The notes below the pieces were generated by a model. It was not told the DNA's origin and made no database searches. It worked only from the letters and a program-made list of their open reading frames with translations. Position numbers and translations under genes: made by a program. A DNA stretch of 64,000 nt from Octopus bimaculoides (Eukaryota): positions 87,923,073-87,987,072 of the forward strand of contig NC_068981.1 of NCBI RefSeq assembly GCF_001194135.2, written 5' to 3'. Shown here in pieces: positions 1 through 13,371 of the stretch; position 1 is the first letter of the stretch, and each line of letters opens with the position of its first letter.

Positions 1-131
1 CAGGCAGGACAGCTACCTCGCCGAAGTCCTTTAGTTCATCTGCCATCTACAGAAGCTCTCTCTGGAGCAGTACACATACCTCCCCAGCTGCTCAACACAA
101 CCACATCAACAACAAACAGCTCTATGTCTAA
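1..131 (+). CDS. Candidate exon of an unidentified upstream gene (5' part outside window)
   Basis: GC-richer patch ending at a consensus donor AA|GTAAGT (132). Frame 1 is open (QAGQLPRRSPLVHLPSTEALSGAVHIPPQLLNTTTSTTNSSMS); frame 3 is also open and stops at 129-131. Product not recognised. Confidence 0.45.
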   Translation, partial: GRTATSPKSFSSSAIYRSSLWSSTHTSPAAQHNHINNKQLYV

Positions 132-345
132 GTAAGTCAACAACTGTGTGCAGAGCAATAGACTAATCACAAACGTAGGGCAAACATTCATCTTCATTGA
201 TGCCTCTTAAACCAGAGGACTAACTATCTGCCATGTAATTCCTTATAATAAAAACTGGTTCTCTTTGAAGATTCTTCAGCTTTTTGGCTGCAAGACATAG
301 GGTGATCTGAAAGATACTTCAGAGCATTTTTGATTATTATGCAAG

Positions 346-385
<40 letters not shown>

Positions 386-1470
386 TTTGTTTGTTTTTCC
401 CCTTTCCCTTCCTTCCTTGTTAGCCACTGTAGTTAACATCTATATCCTAATACTTTCCTATCCCTCTGAAGAGAAAGCAAAAATTACAGCCAAAATAGAG
501 TCTGAATTCCAGTCTTTCAATTCCAGTAGGTATTATGTCTTTCAGATGTGATTAAAATAGGATACCTATATAGAAGCAAGCATGTGCATATACATGCTCT
601 CACGTGAATGGCTATGCATGTATTTGCACACACTTTCGAAAATGAAATGTTCTGTTCAAAAGGATTGTAACTTAATGTGTTTCAAAGGCAGTTTAGAAAA
701 AAAAAAATCCCAATATTTTTATTTAACAGATGTTCTCAGAAAGTAATTTGATATGGAAGTGATTTTAAAATATTACTATCCTATGATAATGTACCTGCCA
801 TTGAAGCACTTAGCTGTTACTGAAATTAAGTTAATAAAATGTACAACTTTCATTTTAGAGGTAACTAAAATATAAGTAATCATTAATTTGGATTACACTT
901 AGACCCATTTTAACCAATTTGTGTTCTTACTAATTTCATTATTCTCTTACTAAAACCTGTTGTTAATATGAATGTTCATAAATAGTACTAAATAAGAGTT
1001 TATATTTACAATAGCATCAGTTCCTTTCTCTATTGGCTGTTAATCTTAAAACTGGCACCTGTGTATCAGACATTATTTTCTTTCAATTTTTAATTCATTA
1101 CTCAGTTGCCTTGCTTTTTATTCATCCAGGAAAAGTTTATATTTAAAGCAAATATCCAACAGATAATTTTAAATAATTGGAAATATAAAATGTTTTCATC
1201 AATAACTGAATCGGTACTGATTACAAATTAAAGCCCTGCCGCTCTACACTTATGTCTTAATATCTACCCCCTCTTTTTTTTAAGTGGTTGTAGTTGCAAT
1301 TCATTTTGAATATCGGGAAACGAAAAAAGACTGAATTTTTGCATTTATCATTTATATATACACATATATTCTTTTTTATTACTGCTTTTATTTTATAACC
1401 CCTCCTCTCTGGTTTACCTCTTTTACGGACTCATATTTTCTGCCTGGAAATATCTTTTCCATTTTGCAAG

Positions 1471-1551
1471 GTTACCTGGATTGTCTTTGAACATGGCTTG
1501 GAATTGTCACTGCCATTGCCTCAATCTTCCTCTTTATTGCCATGCCAACAG
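1471..1551 (+). CDS. Candidate 81-nt cassette exon of upstream gene
   Basis: Acceptor ttttccattttgcaag, donor CAG|GTAACT, length divisible by 3, open in phase 2 (LPGLSLNMAWNCHCHCLNLPLYCHAN). Confidence 0.35.
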
Positions 1552-1908
1552 GTAACTAAGCAACAATCCAACTAATCAGCCATAATAATATGTGGCTGTT
1601 TTCCTTTCCTTTTTCTTTTTTTTTTTTTTCTTTTTTTTGTTATTAGCTTAGAAAACTGTTTTATCTAAATCCTTTTGGTAATTTTTTTGTGTTCAACTCT
1701 GGTAATTTAGTGGTTCTAACAAAAAGCCTTTGAAACCTAAATTTTACTGAAATTATATTTTCCTTTTTAAATTTCATTTTAATTATCAATACAAGTTTAA
1801 ATTGAATTTTCACAGTTATATTAAGTAAATTATTTACATTTATTTAAATTTTTTTTAGTGAAAAAAGATTTTCTTTCCGCAACAAATTTAGTTCGTTTTT
1901 CAACCTAG

Positions 1909-1960
1909 ATTTTACCCCTTATCTCGGGTACCATTTGATTCAATGGCAGATATATCATGA
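1909..1960 (+). CDS. Candidate terminal coding exon of upstream gene
   Basis: Acceptor ttcgtttttcaacctag; phase-2 reading FYPLSRVPFDSMADIS* in a GC-richer patch. Confidence 0.3.
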
Positions 1961-3265
1961 ATCATGTATCAAGGATCTTGTCGACAAATCTAAATTAATT
2001 GAGGGCAGGGTCCTCGTATTAACAGCTGGATTCAGTACCAACATTTACTAATGTGATTCAGGAATTCGACTATATTTCTTCATCACATAAAACTTGTGAT
2101 TTTTGTGCCAATATATCACCAACCAGAATTTATTTTGTATGCTAGCGTGTGCGTGTGTGTGTTATTTTTATTTTTTCCTGTGTGCAAAACAATTTCTAAA
2201 AATCTTATTCACCACTGTTAGTGTCTCTTTTAAAAAATGTTTTCTTTTTGTTGGAATATTCCAATTCATTTTGGTTGTTATTTTTATATTTATAATTTCT
2301 TAAAATACTTTTTAAGTAATATTTTTCTTTTAGTCTCATCTACAGTTGGCAAAACTATTTAAGAAAACAGTTATCTTGAAGGGAAGTCTTTGATATTTGT
2401 TTTGTTTTCCTCTATTTTCTAGCAGTTCAACTGATTTCAACTTTCTAACAGTACTCTATCACCTCAAAAACTCAGAATTCTATTTATCAAGCAGTAGGAG
2501 ATACCTTAAAATTTTATTTTATTAATTATTACCTCTCGTATATAAATTTTATATGTCATGTAACATTTTTGTTTGCAAAATAATGTATGAAACTGGTTGG
2601 AAAGAGAGCTTCAGTGACTATCACTTTTAGTAAATTCTAAGAGTATTGAATTCAAACTATCTTCAAATTTCCAATGTTGATGCCATGTGAAAGAACAAAT
2701 ACACAATTTGTAATTGTGATAATGGTTGTTGTATTGCTACTGATGTATGTGACCTCAGGGACTTACTGCCACTGTTATTATCTCTTCTGTCCTTTGAGGC
2801 TCACATGCTATATAAGTTAAAAGGTTATGTATATGGTATGTATGGATTGCATTATATATTTCTTTACTGACTGACCAATCAGACTATCAGATCCTAAAAA
2901 CCACTGCCATTAAATTATCTGTATACCTTTACTTGGAGATAAGCAGCAGTAATGTATAAGTCACTATTCTCAAACATCTCAGCTCTTTTATGCACCCAAT
3001 GAATATTTATTTTGTTAAAAATTTGTTTTTATTTTATAAAATTAAAAACTTTATTACTAAGTGAATGTTAATCAGATATTCATCACTTGTTTGACATCTT
3101 CTTTGAATCCATCTTATTCTAGGTTTCTTGGCTTATGTTGAGTGTATGTAAAATGTTACTTATGAACTGTAAAGTATCATGTCAAAAAACTTCCCCTTGC
3201 TAACTACTGCCATTACAAATCTTATCTTTTTAAAAATATATCTGTTGTAAGCATTATTTATTAAG

Positions 3266-3317
3266 GCTTCACCATATTGTGGACTATCTCTGTGAGCTTT
3301 GTCCGTCCGTGCACTAG
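3266..3317 (+). CDS. Candidate alternative terminal exon of upstream gene
   Basis: AG at 3264-3265; phase-2 reading LHHIVDYLCELCPSVH* within a GC/CpG-richer island (3266-3420). Confidence 0.25.
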
Positions 3318-6300
3318 TCTTATGAAGATTTGCCAACCTACTGTTCCCCTGAAGACAATTCGCAATGCTTGCCATTTCTATACAAAGAACAGCCTTTGCA
3401 ATCAGTTCTTAATATAAGCACCAGGGTAACTAGTTGACAGTGTCAGTTTGCAATTTGGTAATATAAACACACACAAACACATAGTTATAATGTATCCTTT
3501 CATGTAAATTAGCTTTCTACAGTATTTTTTTTCCCCTGTGCTCATGAATAATTCATTTTGTGGCCTTCATTATTTTAATCAGTTTCTCTCATAAAACCTT
3601 ATTTAAAATTAATTTTACATTGATAATTCTATTGGTCAATAATGGCCCTTTGCATCCATTGATCTCATCTCATTTTGTTGAATAGCAATTTTCCAGTTCT
3701 AAACAAAAATTATCATTTATATAATTAACTTTATTTATTCCTGTCTGTGTTGTTTTATCTAATTTTGCAAGCCTCCTCTTAATTTTAATAATGCTCAGCA
3801 GTTATCATACTTTCAATTTCTTTTAAAATTTGATTTTTACTTTTCTAGTTCTGCAATGGAAAACCTATTTTCTAATATTCTGATGACTGATCAGCCATTA
3901 TTAATATAGTTGCTACTGACGATGATCATAATTATAACAGTTTAGCACACTTAATGTATACAATTTCACAAGAGAAGATGGCTCTAAAAGTAAATACTTG
4001 AGTTATTTTTCAAGTTAATAAGTCTGTAATTTGAGGATTATTCATTAGGTGAAATGAAATGTATCTAATTGCAGCAGCATAATCAAAGACCTTAATTTGT
4101 AATATAATGTATAAAAAATGGTTACTGACATTGGTTAATAATAGGAAAAAAAAAAAAACGTACTTAATATAGGTTTAAAGTATTATATGCTATTTTATAA
4201 CATATATTAACTCAGTTACTGTGTCTATATCATTGATACACAAGTTGTATTATCATGATTGGTAATTTCTATTTCTGATCAATTCTTCTAACCTTCAATA
4301 TTTTTCTATTTTCTTCAGATTTTTAAATATATATTTTAGATCATTAAATTATTTTTATGTCATTAGGAAAATTTGGGGGGTTTGGTTTTGTTTCCAAAAC
4401 AAGGTTTCTTTATAACTTTATCATCCGAATTTGTTCACTTTATTTCATAACGTGTGTAATTATCTATTACACATCATTCCATACTCATCTAACTAGTATT
4501 CAGTTTGAGATTGTTTTCATAATCTATTTAGTTCATTTGTGTTTGCCCTAATGCTGATTACATTACTAAATCAATCAGTATATTGAGATAATGAGGGCCA
4601 CTTATAAAAATATATTGAAATGAGGACCACTATAAGAAAGAATAGTTTATATTGCAAAACAAATATTCCTAAATGCAGAAGTTTTAATTACTTTGTATAA
4701 ATGGATTCGCTTTCATCTTTGTGTATTTCACAATATTCCATAGTCTTTAACAGATTATTTCAGTTGCTCTGAGAGTTATGACTGAATCAACATTGTATAA
4801 TCTTATAGTTCATAAAATCATTTGCTCTAATGCACTATAATTAAAGACTAGTAATCTGTTATATTAATATTTTAACTTTTGCTTATATACTTTCAAAATT
4901 GCTATAATGGATCTTTCTAGTTGACTACCATCAAATTATACTGAACATCTGTATTGAAGTTCCTTTTTTATTCAGTGTCAAAGTGGATCTTTTTCAATAT
5001 CTCAAAATGATCTCTTCCTTTCAAAAATTGTACTAATTTTAAACCAGCTTATTTATTCTAATTCTTGATGATATTGATATGAAAAGTAATAGGAATATTA
5101 TATTAGGTTTTTAATACATTTTTACTTTTATATATGTTTGTAGGATCTTGGCCAACCAGATAATAACTTTTTGAAACTATGGAAAATAGTATTCTTCAAT
5201 TACTTCCAATGAATTATTTTAAAAAGTAGAAATAAGGAGATATTTCATCTCCTGATCATCTCATCTATTTATTGCATTTTATATCATCATTTCATTCATT
5301 TGTTACAAAATAATAAAATAGAGATTTCTTTGTAGAATACTTTTATTTCTGTGTGTATGCGTGTGTGTGTGTGTTTCCATTTTCACTACTTTTGAAATGT
5401 TTTTATAGTATTACTGGTTTGCTCAGAGTCTTCTCTTCGATTTCCTATTATGTTTCTGTTCTTAATATTTTAGAGTAAAGAAATATTAGATGACACGTAT
5501 TTTTATCATTTCAACTCAATTACATCCTGTCTATCATTGTGATCTCTTTAGATACTTCGCTTTATTCTCCACTTAATATTACTCTATTCCCTAACGTATC
5601 TTTCTTTTTCAATTATATGGTTCTTTGTAGCATCCAGACAAAAACACTAGAAAAGCCATAAGCAACCAAATAACATACACACACACATGCAAACTCTTAA
5701 AATTTTAAATGAAAATGGTATTGTAACAAGATATTTGCAGAAATAAAATTATCTCATTCTAAATGATTTCTAAACTAATGAAGAGGTTTGAATATAATGA
5801 AATGGATTTTCTAAATTATTGACTTTTGTTCCTTTGTGTGCCTGTGTTTGATTCTTTTTTTTTTATCATTATTATTGATAATTGTTTTAATTATTCAGTA
5901 GTTATTCATTTGTAATCCACATCATTTTATTTTTACTTTATTGGCTTTATATTCTGAAATTCCATCAGCAGAAACATTCTGTAAGATTTATATAACATTC
6001 TCAAAGTACATTATCTCTATGAAAACATTTCTATTTCATGTGTAGGTAAAATTGACAAGAAAAGCAAAATATCTCGACACATAAAGCATCTTCCTTAAAT
6101 TTTTCTGTTTGATGAATTAATAAATTATTTCTTATTTAAAAATAAAATTCTGTTTGATATCTCTTGGTGGCCATGTAAATTGGAAGGTAGATTCCTTTTT
6201 GTGTTTACTAAAAAAGAAAAAAAAAATGAATTTTCTATCTTTACAACTTGCTGATTTCACTGCCACTTGATCTCAAATCATCATATTTGACATCTAAATT

Positions 6301-6883
6301 AATGTTCCAACATGAGGTTCACTTTAAAACATTCTCTTCTTTACCAATACTATATTTTGTTACTTTCATCTACCCTTTATTTCATCATAGATGAAGGTAA
6401 ATGTTTGTGATTTTTTTTTTTAATTACAAACTCCAACAGATGTAGACAATGAAGATTTTCTTCTTTTCATTTTTTTAAAAATTTTTGAATTTTATTTATT
6501 AATTTAAAATTTTTTTAAAGAAAGGGATATAGACGTTAATCTTTTGTTTCCCCTTTAATTTGATCTCTATAGAAAAAATACAGGATTGCCTGCTTTTGAT
6601 TTTCTGATTTTATAGTATATTTAAAAACAAAATATATTTCTCCCATGTAGTTAACTATCAGTGTATTTGTTTGCTGAGTGGGTTTCCTTTCCTATTAAAT
6701 AACATACTCCAAAACTATTTTCTTCTTCCTCCTCAATCCTGCTATTTTTTAAATCCAACAAATTTTGTTTATAAGACCAGTATTTTTAGTTTTTAGATTT
6801 ATACAATATATATACACACACACACACACTTAGACAGAAAATGTGTGTGTGTGTGTGTGTATCTATATCTATCTATCTATCTA

Positions 6884-6923
<40 letters not shown>

Positions 6924-7034
6924 TAGATAGCTATTTTATTTGTTTTGTTTATATTTTTTCTTTCTTTCTCATCTGAAGTGGTCACCAAAATAGATAATTT
7001 TTCAATAACGTAAGTGTAATAATGTCTCCAGTCC

Positions 7035-7377
7035 NNNNNNNNNNNNNNNNNNNNNNNNNNNNNNNNNNNNNNNNNNNNNNNNNNNNNNNNNNNNNNNNNN
7101 NNNNNNNNNNNNNNNNNNNNNNNNNNNNNNNNNNNNNNNNNNNNNNNNNNNNNNNNNNNNNNNNNNNNNNNNNNNNNNNNNNNNNNNNNNNNNNNNNNNN
7201 NNNNNNNNNNNNNNNNNNNNNNNNNNNNNNNNNNNNNNNNNNNNNNNNNNNNNNNNNNNNNNNNNNNNNNNNNNNNNNNNNNNNNNNNNNNNNNNNNNNN
7301 NNNNNNNNNNNNNNNNNNNNNNNNNNNNNNNNNNNNNNNNNNNNNNNNNNNNNNNNNNNNNNNNNNNNNNNNNNNNN
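7035..7377. other. Assembly gap (N run)
   Basis: Run of N, preceded by (CA)n/(TG)n/(TATC)n/(TA)n microsatellites at about 6810-6930. Confidence 0.99.
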
Positions 7378-7674
7378 TTTGTAATGTAAGTTATGATTGG
7401 GGGTGAAAAAAAAAAAAGACTTATTGACAATTTCTAAGCTGGTAAGTTATATTTAATTTTTTTTTTCCTAACATCTATTTGTCAATAAAGTGAATTATTT
7501 CTTAATGAACTTCTTGTTCTATTTTAATTTTTCTCCTTTTTTTTTTTATTATTTACATTTTATTGAGACTTATGTAGCAGGAAAATAAGGAGTGATTTTA
7601 ACCCTTTTCTCACCAAATTTCTAGCAAAATATGTTTCACTTCGTTTTGAAAGTAACAAATTTGAAGGGATTTAA

Positions 7675-7899
7675 TGCTTTAGCATTCAGATTACTCTGTC
7701 AAATGTTATTCACATTGTTTTGAATTAATTTTGAATTAATCAAGTATTATCTCATAGCTTTGAGATTTTGATGATGTGATTGTCTTTTTTAAGAATGACA
7801 TCATAAGGTAGGTGTGAGAGGCTGGATCTGATCAGTTTTAACTTAGAATATATAGAAATTTTCAGCAGAATATGGCTAGTTTCAGTGCTAAAAGGTTAA
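7675..7899 (-). mobile_element. TTAA-flanked piggyBac-like MITE copy
   Basis: Reverse copy of the ~200-bp element bounded by TTAA-CCCTTTAGCATT...AATGCTAAAGGG-TTAA, which recurs at least 7 times in the window. Confidence 0.65.
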
Positions 7900-9432
7900 T
7901 AAAATAACTTGTTCATTATTACATTGGTAATGCAAGGCTTTCATTTAAATATACTGTAAAAAGGGGTAGTTTAAAAATAGGGGCCATTGATATCAAATGG
8001 ATTAATGTAGTTCAAATTTGATTTTGTAATAATATTGAAATTTAGAAAATGACTCAGTGAGTTCATTGACTTGAAGTCAATGTGGGACAATTTCAGGATT
8101 TATTACAGAGTTATATCCAACCTTGTCTGGGAGAAGCAAATATAAAAATTAATTGAATGCGTTTCATATTTATCTGGGTCAGACAAAAGGGAGAAGGGAA
8201 GCCTAATGAATGTAATGTTAGTTTTTAAGTAGGTTTGTAGTTGTATTTTGGATTGATTACACCCAGAAAATATTGTGTGCAAATAGAGATACTTTTTGAT
8301 ACTGTACAGGTTTCTTTTTAAAACTTTCTTGTTGTGTGGGTGTACAATAGTTTATGAATCTTTTTTCTCTTTCTCTTTTTTTTTTTTTTTTTTTTTTGTA
8401 GTTACTGTTCATGAAAACATTGACATATTAGAGTTTTTTTTTTTTTTTTCCAGATATTGTAGCATATGCTTTTGTAGTGGGTGAAGCTACCTACTACTAA
8501 TTAAGCTATAAAGACTAGAATTTATGGTATTATTTTTAATTTTGTAGTTACAATTCTTTCAATACAACATAGGCAATCCAAATTATGAACATAAACATAG
8601 GTATGAATATAATGAATTCACAATCTTATGTATATTTACACATACGTTAAGTACCCAAGTGCATTTCATCAGATTGAGTCTCAAAAATAATAGTATATAT
8701 TGATTTGGTATTTGATAAATGGAACCAATTTTATTAAGAAAGGACCAAGGAAGCTGGCAATGGGTAACCAAATAAGGGAATTGAAATTACTTCAGTTGAG
8801 AATCAAAAGCTAATCTTGTCAAATGACTACTAACAAAAATTAATTTAAATGAAGGATTGCCTGCCATATTTGAAGGTTAATAGCAACAGTATGACTAATT
8901 CTGTTCTTTTAATCCCTTTTGGTGGAACTAGATAATGGTTGAAGTTTTTTCATAGCTATTAAGAAAATTATAGTCTGATGTCAGTACTCAGTAATATATT
9001 ATATATATAATCGGTGAAGGTAGACAGGTAATGGTTACAGTGAATGATAAAACATTTTCACTGAGATGTGAATAGTCATTGGTCTAGGAGGTTTCATTGT
9101 TGGACGTAATGTGCATTTGGCTCCTACATTGAATAGCTTTGAGTGGCTGCATATGAACTCTGTCACTTGTTTACATGATAACCATTTTAAAAATGGTAGA
9201 AAGGTTGTTGAATGATATATGGTTGCCGCATTAAAATAATTGGACAGCCACAGTTTGGTGTCTTCATATGAGTATTTGAAATATTTTTTCATGAGTGCTT
9301 AGCAAAAAATAAATGAACTTTTATGAATGTTTAAAGTGAAAAGCATATTTTTCACTGTTAAATCCATCAATGTAATTGGCAAGGTTACATTACATGGTTG
9401 AACGAAATGGTCAGAAGCTATAATGTTTGCTT

Positions 9433-9512
<80 letters not shown>

Positions 9513-9618
9513 TTGCTTAAAAGAGTTCCAACACTGTCTGTTTTTTATGTTTTATTTATATTCCTGCAGAACTAATGTGGGGTATAGAATATGGAATATA
9601 CAATATATAATATGATAT

Positions 9619-10134
9619 NNNNNNNNNNNNNNNNNNNNNNNNNNNNNNNNNNNNNNNNNNNNNNNNNNNNNNNNNNNNNNNNNNNNNNNNNNNNNNNNNN
9701 NNNNNNNNNNNNNNNNNNNNNNNNNNNNNNNNNNNNNNNNNNNNNNNNNNNNNNNNNNNNNNNNNNNNNNNNNNNNNNNNNNNNNNNNNNNNNNNNNNNN
9801 NNNNNNNNNNNNNNNNNNNNNNNNNNNNNNNNNNNNNNNNNNNNNNNNNNNNNNNNNNNNNNNNNNNNNNNNNNNNNNNNNNNNNNNNNNNNNNNNNNNN
9901 NNNNNNNNNNNNNNNNNNNNNNNNNNNNNNNNNNNNNNNNNNNNNNNNNNNNNNNNNNNNNNNNNNNNNNNNNNNNNNNNNNNNNNNNNNNNNNNNNNNN
10001 NNNNNNNNNNNNNNNNNNNNNNNNNNNNNNNNNNNNNNNNNNNNNNNNNNNNNNNNNNNNNNNNNNNNNNNNNNNNNNNNNNNNNNNNNNNNNNNNNNNN
10101 NNNNNNNNNNNNNNNNNNNNNNNNNNNNNNNNNN
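9619..10134. other. Assembly gap (N run) flanked by (TA)n/(CA)n
   Basis: Run of N. Confidence 0.99.
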
Positions 10135-10184
<50 letters not shown>

Positions 10185-10417
10185 TCACAAATATATGATA
10201 TACATTTTTTTTTTTTTTAATAAACCATTTTTCACAATCTGTGGGCTTGAATTTTCTTTTAATGTCATACTGATTAATAATCAATGTTTTGGAAAAAGAA
10301 GTATCTCATATATTGATGTTAAATATAAGGTTATATGGTTACATTCACATTTAGCTATAAAAATAATTATAGTTTGATGTCAGTACCCAATAATAGATGC
10401 AATTGGTATAGTTGATG

Positions 10418-10580
10418 CAGGCATGGATGTGTGGTTAATAAGCTTGCTTTGCAACCATATGGTTTTGGGTTCAGTCCTACTTGCAGCACCTTAGACAAGT
10501 GTTTTCTATAACCCTGAGTTAACCAGTGTCTTGTGACTGAATTTGGTAATTGGAAACTGTGTGGAGGACATCATTATATA
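10418..10580 (+). mobile_element. tRNA-derived CORE-type SINE (octopus OR-like)
   Basis: gcaggcatgg..tgtgtggtt A-box-like head, ggttcagtcc B-box-like, gcaccttagacaagtg CORE-like segment. Related copies at ~21655-21800(-), 21818-21925(+), 22715-22885(+), 25850-25985(-), 48215-48570(+), 53395-53530(-), 61589-61760(+). Confidence 0.7.
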
Positions 10581-11861
10581 TATATAATATAAATTGAAGT
10601 TGGCCGAGCGTTGTATTCTTTCTTGTCTTGAGGTTCACGGCCAAACAGCTGGGTGGATTCGCGTGAAAAATGGCACACATGTGGAGACGGGTGCATAGAT
10701 TGGAACGCACTAATTTTTTCCCTAGCCCCCATACTTACAGAGAAAATCGATTAAAACAACCTGAGTGCGTGCATGTTTGTGTGTCACTGAAGCCATTCAT
10801 ACATACATACATAATAAATAAATAAACTAAATGATAAATTTCATTTATCTCTCTCTCTCATATACACATACACCATCAACATTACTCTGTCGCACGCACC
10901 CCATCAAACATACACACACACAGACATATGCACGCACATCAATTCTCCCCTCTCACCACAACTTCAAAAGAAGTTCAGTCATAAAACTCACCATGTATCT
11001 TCATTCAACTTCAAAAGATTGCCTTCCCTTTTCACTTGTTTGGCCATTGGTTGACAGATAAAAGAAACCAACTCCTGCTAAAAATACACACACAAACTGA
11101 CATTTCATGTTTTTCAGTTTCTCTATGATTACACACGTGTCGAAAACACTAGCTCATTTTAATCTTCAACAGGTATGTATCAATTTCTATAATATAAATT
11201 GTTTTTCTATAAGCGTATAACAATTACTTATTCCATACTTCACTTTTCTTAAATTGGATATGTCTGCTATTAATTCTTACACACAATTTTCCCGTTCATT
11301 CTTACAGCTTAATTTTCTGTTAAAGCAATTCTTAACATAATATGCAGAATTCTCACATTAATACAGTAGGGTGTTTTGAGGGAGATTTGGCTGCTATGTC
11401 TACCAGGTTTACCTACCATGTAGAGGTCTGAACTTATTTTTCATTCACAGATTTGCTTTTCAAATGTTATTCTGCCACTAACACCAGTTGCTTTCTCTCT
11501 CACATACACACACACACATACGCACATCCATTTCATATATCTTTCAATTTCTGCTCTCTGCAAATAAAATTTTTACGGATAAAACTGCTTACAAAAATTG
11601 TGATTAATGTATAATTTCTTTCTATGTTCATAATTAAATAAATCTTTTAATGATTAGACAGACGTTCAATAGAACAGCTCTCACAAACAGACTACATACA
11701 AATTCTTTCTTCACAACTCCTGAAGTCATTTTCTGAGGCTCCAATCGAAACGGGACACGAAATGATCAGGTTGAGAAACGCTGTTATAGATTATGTCTAA
11801 CCGAAAACAATCACAGCCACATCATCCAAACAGACCAGGTGAAACCGGGTTTAGCTGCTAG

Positions 11862-11893
<32 letters not shown>

Positions 11894-12457
11894 CACACAC
11901 ACACACACACACACACATACAACATACATTTCTCTGTGTGTGTGTATTTTGTCCAAAGTTTGTCAACCAGTGTTTGTTTATGTCCCTGTAACTTAGCAGT
12001 TCAGCAAATAGGAAAAAAAATACCAAACTTAATATAAGAACTGGGGTTGATTTCTTCGACAAAACCCTTCAAGATGGTGCCCCAGCATGGCTGCATTCCA
12101 CTGATTGAAACAAGTAAAAGAAAGATGAAAGATGTCAATTAAGCTTTCAACATATGTAGAGAAAATAGTTGTAACCACAATCTATCACTACTAAACAATG
12201 TAGCTCAGAATAAAATGAGAGAAAATGAAGAATCAACACATTATAAAATTATAGCTTTAAGCTGCTTGATATATCTTTCTGAATTTGATTTATTTTTATG
12301 TCAGTATTGATAAGTAAGGTAGTGGCAATATTCTACAGCTACTTTATGTGAATTACTATAACTTCAGTAATGCTTATCCCATTCCTATCCCTATTGCTTT
12401 CATAGCTCTGATTATGAATTTAAATTTGTGAGTAATATTTGAGTGTCAAATAAGGTT

Positions 12458-12670
12458 GTGAGTTGGCAGAATTGTTAGCACACCACACAAAATGCTTAAT
12501 GGCATTTTGTCCATCTTTATGTTCTGCATTCAAATTATGCTGATGTCATCTTTGCCTTTCATCCTTTCAGGGGTCGATAGAGTAAGTACCAGTTGTGCAC
12601 TGGGGTTGATGTAATCACCTTCCCTAGTGACTCAAAATTGCTGGCCTTGTGCCAAATTTGAAACTAATAT
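12458..12670 (+). mobile_element. tRNA-derived Nin-domain SINE
   Basis: tRNA-like head (gagttggcagaattgttagc...gagttcaaat-like) followed by gcctttcatcctttcaggggtcgatagagtaagtaccagtt. Related copies at 47203-47412(+) and 52715-52915(-). Confidence 0.7.
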
Positions 12671-13371
12671 ATGAGTGCTAAATGTAAATTTCCTACTATA
12701 TATAATACAATCCATTGTTTTCTGTATATCATTTTAGCAGGTTACCCAAACCAAAACCACTTTTTCTCTCCAAGTATTCCTGTCTTCCATGACACTGCTG
12801 AGGTCTTCTATTTATAACTCAACATCACAAAAAGAGTTGATCAATGTATGTCATTCTGTGTTGTCCAGCATGAGAATTTCCATGGCTCAGGATCCACAGA
12901 AAGAGCTCATTCACTAATTCATGTTCACTTCAATAGCAGTGACCAGTATATCTTACCCTGGCATCGGCCATGTTTGGATGGTGCTTTTTACGTGCCACCA
13001 GCACAGGGAGCCAGTCAAGTGGCACTAACATTGATCCATGCTTGAATGGTGCTTATTATGTGCCACCAGCACAGGTGCCAGGCACTGGTATCAGCCACGA
13101 CTACGATTTCAATTTTGCTTGACTCAACAGTTCTTCTCAAGCACAGCATTTCGCCTGTGAAACGACATGTCTTTTTCAATGGATATCACTTCCAAGATAA
13201 GTGATATGATACAAAGTAATAGAGAATTTATGATAAATTTGTTCTCTTTCATTATCTTCAATGTATGATTTACGTTGATTTATTATCATTGTTTCAGAAG
13301 ATAACAAACCATGTCAGCATTTATAGAGTGTGTGTTCGTCAGAATTATAAGCAAGTCTGTAAAGCTAAAAG

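Noticed and set aside
7002-10284. Long ORFs listed at 7002-7430 and 9552-10284 (also 18871-19263)
   Set aside because: They are artefacts of N runs and microsatellites.
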